Assembly: GCA_934467415.1 (NCBI GenBank) | Contig: CAKSLQ010000003.1 | Coordinates: 77,957 to 141,956, forward strand | DNA: 64,000 bases | Origin: an uncultured Eubacteriales bacterium | GTDB lineage: Bacteria; Bacillota; Clostridia; Oscillospirales; CAG-272 | Direction of reading: 5' to 3' | Part shown: positions 54,711 to 64,000 of the stretch, piece by piece | How positions within the stretch are numbered: position 1 is the first letter of the stretch | How the letters are laid out: every line of letters starts with the position of its first letter | Notes under the pieces: model-generated | What the model was told of the DNA's origin: nothing | The model's input: only the letters and a program-made list of their open reading frames with translations | Databases searched by the model: none | Made by a program: the position numbers and the translations under genes

Positions 54711-55361
54711 ATGACGGTCATGTATTTGGTGCGCCACGGGCAGAGCGAGGGCAATGTACGCGGCGGATTTGCGGGGCGCGTGGACTACGCGCTCTCCGAA
54801 AAAGGCGCGCGGCAGGCGCGCCTCACGGCGGATTTTCTCGGCGGCGTGCATCTCGACGCCGTCTGCGCAAGCCCGCTGCGCCGCGCGCAGGAGACAGCCG
54901 CACCGATCGCGGCCGATCACGGGCTTGTGACAGAGACGCGCGCGGGGCTTGTCGAGTTCGATTTCGGCGACTGGGAGGGGCTCGCGCCCGACGTGCTGAA
55001 TGCCCGCTTCCCGGACGCCGTGCCGACCTGGAAGTATCACCTGCCCGACGTCGCCTGCCCGCACGGCGAGCGCATGGCGGACTGCTTTGCGCGGGCCGGG
55101 GCGGAATTTGCCGCGCTTGCGCGGGACTATGCCGGGCGCGACGTCTGCGTCGTGACGCACGGCGCGTTTCTCAAGTGCCTTTTCTGCGTGCTGCACGGTC
55201 TGCCGCTTCGTGAGATCGACCGCGTGCCGTGGGCGGACAACGCCTCGGTGACCAAGGTCGTCATCGGTGCGGACGGCGTCCCCGCGATCGAATACGAGAA
55301 TTACAGCGCCCATATGGGCGACCTCGTCACCGGCGTCTCCCGCACCCTCACCGAGAAGTAG
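54711..55361 (+). CDS. histidine phosphatase family protein (phosphoglycerate mutase-like)
   Basis: LVRHGQSEGN catalytic motif. ATG 54711 lies 6 nt after GGAGG. Confidence 0.8.
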   Translation: MTVMYLVRHGQSEGNVRGGFAGRVDYALSEKGARQARLTADFLGGVHLDAVCASPLRRAQETAAPIAADHGLVTETRAGLVEFDFGDWEGLAPDVLNARFPDAVPTWKYHLPDVACPHGERMADCFARAGAEFAALARDYAGRDVCVVTHGAFLKCLFCVLHGLPLREIDRVPWADNASVTKVVIGADGVPAIEYENYSAHMGDLVTGVSRTLTEK

Positions 55362-55365
55362 GGGC

Positions 55366-55781
55366 GGGAACGCGCAAACCGCACGGGGGCTTACTCCCGC
55401 CGTCCGAACCCAATCTGACTTTGGCTCCTCCTGACGGGGGAGCTGTCGCCGTAGGCGACTGAGGGAGAGATAACGCAAAGCAAGGCGGGTCGTCGAGGGA
55501 TGTTTTTCGGTTTCGCTTTGCGAAATCGTCGGTGTTCAGCCGACGAAGAAAAACTCCTTAGGAACACATCGTGTTCCGGGGGTCATGACCCCTACCGGAT
55601 TGTACAAAAGACGCACACACTGTAGGGCGGGGGCTTGCTCCCGCCGCACCTGCTCATACAAAACAATCATTCCCCGGTTGTTATTTTACTTTGCAAAAGA
55701 CACCTCATCCGTCGCCGTTCGGCGACACCTTCCCCCGCTGGGGAAGGCAAAGAACGCGGGTGACCGTACCGTTCTAACCAA
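55366..55781. repeat. dense mosaic of intergenic hairpin modules
   Basis: Contains a half HP-II (55423-55468), the ~60-nt shared module (55499-55557), GTAGGGCGGGGGCTTGCTCCCGCCGCA (55622-55648) and a solo HP-I 3' arm (55700-55748). Confidence 0.8.
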
Positions 55782-55944
55782 GCCTTCCCCCTTGGGGGAA
55801 GGTGGCGTGTAATACGCCGGATGAGGGGTAGCCATTCGTCAGAATGGCGTCTCACAGCACAGAACGAGACTGCGCAGACGGATGCTTACGCATCCTACCC
55901 CTCATCAGTCAACTCCGTTGACAGCTTCCCCCAAGGGGGAAGCC
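55782..55944. repeat. HP-I miniature (gene-less, symmetric arms)
   Basis: A and B hairpins, then GGATGAGGGGTA, then three small hairpins, then TACCCCTCATC followed by B' and A' hairpins. Confidence 0.85.
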
Positions 55945-56117
55945 AAAAGACGCTTTGCGTCTCGTACGGCTCTCCCCACCGGGGAAGCCTAAGGGCGAAG
56001 AGCGCTTTCTTCTCCGCTTCCCGCAAACAACCCGCCGGAAACGGCGTATTTTTTGTATTTACTTGCCGGGCGGCGGATGCTATGATTGAAATAGGAAAAA
56101 ACGCGGAGGAAACCGAC

Positions 56118-58598
56118 ATGAAACTGGTTGCAAAACTTCTGTGCGCGGCGGCGCTCACGCTTTTGCTGTGCTTTGCGGCTTCGGCCAAAGAGGTCGTCAT
56201 CTACGAGAACAGCTTCGACGGCGCGTCCGCCCTCTCCGACTTTACCGTGCGCGGCAACTGGTCGGTGAAAAACGGCGCCGCAAATCTCGCGGCGGGCAAA
56301 TCCTCGTCGGGCTGCCTGACCTACAAAATGCCGCAAAAATACCGCGGCAAAAAGTACAAACTTGAGGTGGACTACCTCGGGCAGAGCGGCATGGGCGGCC
56401 TGCTGATCGGCGCGGACGGCGCGGGTCTCTCGTCGACGCCGTCCTACTTCTTCGGCTATACCGCATCGGTCGCGGCAAGCGGCACGAAGGGCATGTTTGC
56501 CTATTTCAACGAAGAAGGCGGCTGGGGCGACACGCTGCGCACCGGGCTTGACACCTTTGACGAGAAGGACGTCCGCCTCACGGCCGTGGTCGATCCCGCA
56601 AAGCGCGAGATCCTGTTCACGATCAAGCCGCAGGGCGGCTCGCGCGAGCTGTTTGCCATGACCTACTGCCTGCAGACGACCGAAAACGAGATGATCTACA
56701 CGTCGTTTTCGGACACGGTCGGCCTGCGCCGCGCTTACACGGCAAAGGGCAGCTTCGACAATTTCCGCGTCAGCGTCTACGAGGACGATGTCATGCCCGC
56801 GATGGGCGGCAGCGTCACGCTGTCGGGGCTTGCGTTTGCCGCCTCGGCGGACGCGGCCGTGACCGACGGCACGCTCACGGCTGGGACGGTCCTCTCGGCC
56901 GCAGACTTCGGCAGTGCCGCCGACTTTGCGGCGGACATCCGCTGCGAGCGCCGTATGCTCTTTTATTTCGGTATGCGCGATGCGAAAAACGGCTTTGCCG
57001 CCGAAATAAACCGCGCCGAGGAGACCGTGGTGCTGTATGCCGTCCGGGACGGCGCGTTTGTCTGGCTCGGCGAGCGGCATGTGCCGGTCACGGACGATTT
57101 CTGCCGCCTGCGCGCCCGTGTGCGCGATGAAGTTGTCTCGGTCTGGTACGACTGCTACGGGGAGAGCGACGACCTCTATCCGCTGATTGAGCTTGCGCAG
57201 GATGGCGCGGCCGCCGGGCGGTTCGGCGTCCTCTGCGAGGGCGGCGAAGCGAAGAACTTCACCGTGACCGGTGCGGGTGAGGCATATGCGGGCAAAACCT
57301 TTGTCAACCCGGTCTGCTACGGCGCAGACCCGGATGTGCTTTACCACGACGGCGTGTATTACCTCTACATCCGCAAGGTCGTCGGCGACGATCCGTTCAC
57401 GGTGTACACCTCGACCGATATGGTCAACTGGACGGAGCGGGGCGGGGTCTACAAGTGGCAGAAGGGCTGGAGCAGCAAGTACCACTTCATGAGTCCGAAC
57501 GTCTTTTACTGCGACGGTATGTTCTATCTGCTGTTCCAGGCGTGGAACAACGACACCGACAAGAGCGCGCGGCTGTTCTATGCCAGCGCAAAGTCGCCGC
57601 TCGGACCGTTTGAGGGCTGCACGATGCTGCACGATGTCCACGAGATCGGCGGACATCCGTTTGTGGACGACGACGGCAAGGTCTATATCACGCTCTGCCG
57701 CTTTGACTTCGGCTCAAACCTGTATATCGAGGAGGTCACGGTGAAGGACGGCGTCATCACGCCGAAGCCCGAGACCTGCAAGCTGATCCTCTATCCGCAG
57801 ACTGCCTATGAGGTCAACGGCCGCGGCCGCACGGTGGAGGGCGGCGTGCCGTGGAAGCACGGCGGCTATTATTACATGTTTTATGCCGTTGGCAGCTACA
57901 AGCTGCATTACGGGCAGAGCTATGCGGTGTCGAAGAACATCTACGGCCCGTACGAGAAGTACGAGTACAATCCGTTCCTCGTCTACAATGCGGCGGTGGA
58001 CGGCCCGGGCGACGCGGTCATCCTGCCCTCGCCGGACGGAGAGGAGCTGTATCTCGTCTACCATCAGCACAATGCGATCGGCACGGTCTCGCCGCGCATG
58101 ACCTGCATTGACCGGCTGAAATTTGTCCCGAATCCGGACGGCGGCCCCGATGTGCCGGTGACGGCGGGGCCGTCCTCCACGCCGCAGCCCGTGCCGTCCG
58201 GCGCGGCGGAGACCCCTGCGGCGGCCGAAACCAAAGTGACGCTGACGCTCGGCAGCCGGGCGGCGACGCGGAATGATACCGCCGTGACGCTGGATGCCGC
58301 GCCGCTCTCCCGCGGCGGGCGCATGATGCTGCCCATCCGCTTTGTGGCCGAGGCGTTCGGCGCGGCGGTCGGCTGGGACGGCGACACCGCCACGGCGACC
58401 GTGGCGGCCGGGGACACGGTTATCACCGTGCGGATCGGCGAAAAGCAGATCTTTGTGAACGGCAATGCCGTGCCGCTCGACACCGCCGCCTTCATCGAGG
58501 GCGGGCGCACCTATCTGCCGGTGCGCGCCGTTGCCGACGCGCTCGGCGCGGCGGTCGGCTGGGACGGCGACACCGCCACGGCGACTCTGACGAAGTGA
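56118..58598 (+). CDS. secreted GH43-like glycoside hydrolase with an N-terminal lectin-like domain and two C-terminal copper-amine-oxidase-N-like (stalk) repeats
   Basis: ATG 56118 after GGAGGA. Signal peptide. GH43-like NPVCYGADPDVLYHDGVYYLY. Duplicated ..AVGWDGDTATAT.. C-terminal repeats. Confidence 0.75.
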   Translation: MKLVAKLLCAAALTLLLCFAASAKEVVIYENSFDGASALSDFTVRGNWSVKNGAANLAAGKSSSGCLTYKMPQKYRGKKYKLEVDYLGQSGMGGLLIGADGAGLSSTPSYFFGYTASVAASGTKGMFAYFNEEGGWGDTLRTGLDTFDEKDVRLTAVVDPAKREILFTIKPQGGSRELFAMTYCLQTTENEMIYTSFSDTVGLRRAYTAKGSFDNFRVSVYEDDVMPAMGGSVTLSGLAFAASADAAVTDGTLTAGTVLSAADFGSAADFAADIRCERRMLFYFGMRDAKNGFAAEINRAEETVVLYAVRDGAFVWLGERHVPVTDDFCRLRARVRDEVVSVWYDCYGESDDLYPLIELAQDGAAAGRFGVLCEGGEAKNFTVTGAGEAYAGKTFVNPVCYGADPDVLYHDGVYYLYIRKVVGDDPFTVYTSTDMVNWTERGGVYKWQKGWSSKYHFMSPNVFYCDGMFYLLFQAWNNDTDKSARLFYASAKSPLGPFEGCTMLHDVHEIGGHPFVDDDGKVYITLCRFDFGSNLYIEEVTVKDGVITPKPETCKLILYPQTAYEVNGRGRTVEGGVPWKHGGYYYMFYAVGSYKLHYGQSYAVSKNIYGPYEKYEYNPFLVYNAAVDGPGDAVILPSPDGEELYLVYHQHNAIGTVSPRMTCIDRLKFVPNPDGGPDVPVTAGPSSTPQPVPSGAAETPAAAETKVTLTLGSRAATRNDTAVTLDAAPLSRGGRMMLPIRFVAEAFGAAVGWDGDTATATVAAGDTVITVRIGEKQIFVNGNAVPLDTAAFIEGGRTYLPVRAVADALGAAVGWDGDTATATLTK

Positions 58599-58621
58599 GC
58601 GCGGGATGCGCGGGTGCAAAG

Positions 58622-58656
58622 AAAAAAGCGGGGCGACGGTGCTCCGCTTTTTTTCG
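58622..58656 (+). terminator. rho-independent terminator
   Basis: AGCGGGG..CTCCGCT stem followed by a T7 tract. Confidence 0.75.
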
Positions 58657-58664
58657 CTTTGACG

Positions 58665-58693
58665 TTGACATCTTCTATATAGGGTGCTATAAT
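58665..58693 (+). promoter_or_regulatory. consensus sigma-A promoter for alaS
   Basis: TTGACA, 17-nt spacer, TATAAT. Confidence 0.7.
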
Positions 58694-58752
58694 ATTTTGG
58701 ATCATTTTTTGTGATAATGAATTTTATACAGATAAAAGGACAGGAAACCGCC

Positions 58753-61380
<2,628 letters not shown>

Positions 61381-61420
61381 AGGTAATAAGGTAGGAAATG
61401 CAGGGCGGCGCGTTCTCCAA

Positions 61421-61559
61421 GCCTTCCCCTTGGGGGAAGGGGGACCGCACCCGCGGTGGATGAGGGATTGCAGGCAGCAGGCACAGCATTGTGTGATGCT
61501 TTGCTTGCATCAATCCCTCATCAGTCGCCTACGGCGACAGCTTCCCCAATGGGGAAGCC
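61421..61559 (+). repeat. HP-I miniature (gene-less, with 5'-arm and 3'-arm polarity like the DUF559 copy)
   Basis: Left arm ..GGGGAAGG-GGG-ACCGC-ACCC-GCGGT-GGATGAGGGATT. Right arm AATCCCTCATC-A-GTCGCC-TAC-GGCGAC-A-GCTTCCCC-AAT-GGGGAAGC. Confidence 0.85.
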
Positions 61560-61612
61560 TAAGAGGCGCCGACCCCTACCGGGTTTGTGGAGAATCTGCA
61601 CAATCTGTCTTT

Positions 61613-61718
61613 CAGCTCCCTCGGTGAGGGAGCTGTCGCCGAAGGCGACTGAGGGAGTTTTGCTCTGAGCGAAACTCCTTCCACCGCTGGCGCGGTCCCC
61701 CTCCCTCAATGAGGGAGG
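61613..61718 (+). repeat. HP-II five-hairpin element, copy 3
   Basis: Colinear with 50671-50778. Stems differ by paired substitutions. Confidence 0.85.
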
Positions 61719-61761
61719 TATAATTACTGTCCATCCCATCGAATTAAATTTCAAAAAACAC

Positions 61762-61790
61762 TTGACAAGCTATATCCGATTTCGTATAAT
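61762..61790 (+). promoter_or_regulatory. consensus sigma-A promoter for rpmH
   Basis: TTGACA, 17-nt spacer, TATAAT. Confidence 0.7.
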
Positions 61791-61857
61791 ATAGATTGTC
61801 TTATTGTGAATACACGCGAAGTTTCCGCTTCCGAAATACTGCAAGGAGGTGCAACCA

Positions 61858-61992
61858 ATGCTCAGAACTTACCAGCCTAAAAAGCGTCAGAGAAAAAAAG
61901 AACACGGCTTCAGAAAGAGAATGAGAACTGCCGACGGCAGAAAGGTTCTCAAGAGACGCCGCGCTAAGGGCAGAGCAAGACTCACCTATTGA
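61858..61992 (+). CDS. rpmH: 50S ribosomal protein L34
   Basis: Not in the ORF track (44 aa). [53 protein letters not shown]. Confidence 0.95.
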   Translation: MLRTYQPKKRQRKKEHGFRKRMRTADGRKVLKRRRAKGRARLTY

Positions 61993-62034
61993 TGAGCCGC
62001 TTTCTGCCTCGCTCCCCACGGGAGTTTCAAATCT

Positions 62035-62068
62035 CCGATAACTCTTTGTGAGGTTATCGGGGTTTTTG
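62035..62068 (+). terminator. intercistronic terminator/attenuator between rpmH and rnpA
   Basis: CCGATAAC / GTTATCGG stem followed by GGTTTTTG. Confidence 0.55.
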
Positions 62069-62123
62069 ATTATTCGGCCCGTTTTGAAGATCCCGGCGAA
62101 AACCAATCGGAAGGGGTAGACCC

Positions 62124-62495
62124 GTGAAATACCGCGCTATCTGCGAAAACCATCTGTATTCCAAGGCATATAAAAAAGGGGCACGGGCGGTCACATCGAC
62201 CGTTGCCGTCTATGTCCTGCCCGACTACAAAAAACACGCGCTGATGAAGGCAAATCCCGAAAAGAAGTATATCAACCGCGTGGGCCTCACGGTCGGCAAA
62301 CGCATCGGCGGCGCCGTCGCGCGCAGCCGCGCAAAACGCATCATCCGGCACGCATACCGGAACATTGATACAGCTACGCCCGTGAAAACGGGGCATCTCG
62401 TCGTGATCGTCGCGCGCGAGGGCATTACCGGGAAAAAAACGCAGGACATCGAGCGCGATCTCCGATACGCGCTCCGCAAAACCGGGCTTCTATGA
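62124..62495 (+). CDS. rnpA: ribonuclease P protein component
   Basis: GTG start. ..[28 protein letters not shown].. (RNR motif region). Confidence 0.9.
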   Translation: MKYRAICENHLYSKAYKKGARAVTSTVAVYVLPDYKKHALMKANPEKKYINRVGLTVGKRIGGAVARSRAKRIIRHAYRNIDTATPVKTGHLVVIVAREGITGKKTQDIERDLRYALRKTGLL

Positions 62496-62767
62496 AGCAT
62501 CTCTGCATTTTTCTCATCGAGCTGTATCGGAAGTATATTTCCCCGCATAAGAGGAGTTGTTGCAGGTTCAGTCCGACCTGTTCTGCCTACGCCCTCGAGG
62601 CGTTTCAAAAACGCGGCTTTTTCTGCGGGCTGATTCTCACCGTGTACCGCATCCTCCGCTGCAATCCGTTTTGCCGCGGCGGCTATGACCCGGTGCCGGA
62701 CAAAGGATTTCGCCCCTACACCAAACAACCGGACGGGGAAACCGACGAAGACAAGGACAAGCAATGA
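62492..62767 (+). CDS. yidD: membrane protein insertion efficiency factor YidD
   Basis: [40 protein letters not shown]. Confidence 0.9.
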   Translation: MKHLCIFLIELYRKYISPHKRSCCRFSPTCSAYALEAFQKRGFFCGLILTVYRILRCNPFCRGGYDPVPDKGFRPYTKQPDGETDEDKDKQ

Positions 62768-62796
62768 AAGGACGCCGCTTGTGCGGCGGTTGAAAC

Positions 62797-63963
62797 ATGG
62801 AATTTATCAACATCCCATTTGCGTATATCATGCGCTGGTTTGACGGCTTCACGCATTCCTATGCGCTGTCGCTCCTGCTGTTTGCGATCCTGATCAAGGT
62901 GATCTTCATCCCGGTCGGCATCAAGCAGCAGAAGAACCAGATCAAGATGGCATCGCTCCGTCCGAAGGAGGCGGTCATCAAAAAGAAATATGCCGGGCGC
63001 ACCGACCGTGCCACCCAGCAGAAGATGCAGCAGGAGCTGATGGAGCTTCAGCAGAAGGAGAACGCAAGCCCGCTTGGCGGCTGCCTGCCGCTTCTCATCC
63101 AGATGGTCTTCATCATCATTCTGTATCAGATCATCCGCAACCCGCTGACCTACATCTGCCAGATGAGCAAGGACGCGATCGTCGAGCTGGCAGAGCAGAT
63201 CGGCTATACCGTCGGCGGCAGCGCCGTGACGCTGGAGAACATCGGCAAGATCGACCAGATCAGCATGATCGCACAGATCCCGGCCGACCTCAAGGCATCT
63301 ATGCCCGCGCTCGTCAACCTGCCGAACTTCAATTTCCTCGGTCTTGACCTGTCGATGACCCCGATGCTTGTCTGGAACAGCTTCATCGGCAAGTCGGCCA
63401 TGACGATCTTCGGCGACGCTGCGCCCACGATCGTCAACGTCATTCTCTATGCGCTCATTCCGCTCATCTGCTTTTTGTCGCAGGTGCTCACGATGAAGCT
63501 GACCCGCAAGTTCACCTATCAGTCGCAGGCCATGCAGACCGAACAGGGGGCAAACGGATGCAGCACGCAGATGATGGACTGGTCCATGCCGCTGCTCTCG
63601 CTGTTCTTCTGCTTCACGTTCCCGCTTGCGATCGGCCTGTACTGGATCTATCAGAACATCCTTTCCTTCGCGCAGACCGTTATCCTCGCCAAGACCATGC
63701 CCATTCCGGTGCTGACCGACGAGGACTACAAGCGCGCCGAGAAGGAAATGAAGGCCAAGGGCTATGACACGAAGCGTGCCGACCTGCCCCGCGTCCGTTC
63801 GCTCCACCACATTGACGACGATGACTACGAGGATCTGCCCGACGCGCCGAAGGACGGCGCAAAGGGGACGTCGCAGCCGCTGCTGAACGGCGAGAAAGTC
63901 CCCGTCAAGGATGAGAGCGACAAAAAAGCGCCGAAGCTGAAGGACGAAAGCGACAAAAAGTAA
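62797..63963 (+). CDS. yidC: YidC/Oxa1 family membrane protein insertase
   Basis: ..KMQQELMELQQKENASPLGGCLPLLIQMVF.. Polytopic, with a basic/acidic C-terminal tail. Confidence 0.9.
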   Translation: MEFINIPFAYIMRWFDGFTHSYALSLLLFAILIKVIFIPVGIKQQKNQIKMASLRPKEAVIKKKYAGRTDRATQQKMQQELMELQQKENASPLGGCLPLLIQMVFIIILYQIIRNPLTYICQMSKDAIVELAEQIGYTVGGSAVTLENIGKIDQISMIAQIPADLKASMPALVNLPNFNFLGLDLSMTPMLVWNSFIGKSAMTIFGDAAPTIVNVILYALIPLICFLSQVLTMKLTRKFTYQSQAMQTEQGANGCSTQMMDWSMPLLSLFFCFTFPLAIGLYWIYQNILSFAQTVILAKTMPIPVLTDEDYKRAEKEMKAKGYDTKRADLPRVRSLHHIDDDDYEDLPDAPKDGAKGTSQPLLNGEKVPVKDESDKKAPKLKDESDKK

Positions 63964-64000
63964 TACGAGAAAGGCGGACGGAAGCGTCCGGATATGAAAT

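Noticed and set aside
55366-56060. The dense short repeats as a CRISPR array.
   Set aside because: There is no constant direct repeat with regular spacing. The units are inverted hairpins of several different families, and no cas genes are in the window.
55821-56117. N-terminal 99 codons of the 925-aa ORF. There are similar extensions on nadE (36658-36759), the ABC exporter (11100-11222), folC, folT, tsaD (to 41344), the EIIC-like gene and glmS.
   Set aside because: The extensions run through repeats or through neighbouring genes in other frames. Internal ATGs with good SDs and canonical N-termini (signal peptide, MCG.., MYILGIESSCDET..) give the expected protein lengths.
58599-58752. T-box leader upstream of alaS.
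   Set aside because: The distance from the predicted -10 box to the ATG is only about 60 nt. There is no specifier stem, T-box sequence or terminator/antiterminator.
61381-61857. Replication origin or DnaA-box cluster next to rpmH.
   Set aside because: No dnaA gene is adjacent (alaS lies upstream). I found no TTATCCACA-like boxes or an AT-rich unwinding element. The region is explained by the HP-I and HP-II repeats plus the rpmH promoter.

Overview
High-GC Firmicutes/Clostridia-type chromosomal segment. The gene content looks like Oscillospiraceae/Ruminococcaceae, but that is only a guess. The coding content is mostly housekeeping. It starts with the tail of a sugar ABC importer operon that also carries an HlyD-like adaptor and two paralogous ~800-aa lipoproteins. 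Next come a heterodimeric ABC exporter pair, mtnN, a co-directional GH43/GH43/glmS block with a glmS ribozyme, glmM, a GlmU-C-like acetyltransferase, rpiB and tsaB-tsaE. Then follow rpmG-secE-nusG-rplK-rplA, a CPBP protease, an EIIC-like permease, an M18 aminopeptidase, and a THF riboswitch controlling folT-folC. After that come nadE, a dnaC-like/dnaD-like pair, rex, tsaD, rimI, an LMW phosphatase, dCMP deaminase, galU, rbfA and a DHH phosphoesterase. The last third holds an amidohydrolase, a P1B ATPase with an SCA motif plus a divergent MarR, an acyl-CoA ligase, a BNR/sialidase-like lipoprotein, rpsF-ssb-rpsR, a histidine phosphatase, a GH43 protein with CuAO-N-like domains, alaS, and rpmH-rnpA-yidD-yidC. 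I saw no rRNA, tRNA, CRISPR array, IS transposase or prophage. The most interesting signal is non-coding. Almost every long intergenic region is built from a modular family of short GC-rich hairpins whose stems differ between copies by compensatory changes. One copy (28513-28985) has the same double-hairpin inverted arms but encloses an AT-rich DUF559 (Vsr-like) endonuclease ORF exactly in its central loop. The conserved arm motif GGATGAGG supplies that ORF's Shine-Dalgarno. Gene-less miniatures with the same arms occur at 55782-55944 and 61421-61559, solo arms at 9731-9778 and 55700-55748, and a related five-hairpin element in three copies. I interpret this as a candidate autonomous/non-autonomous (MITE-like) selfish-element family driven by a DUF559 nuclease, which I do not recognise as described. 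All coordinates and alignments were done by eye from the sequence, and no database searches were possible.
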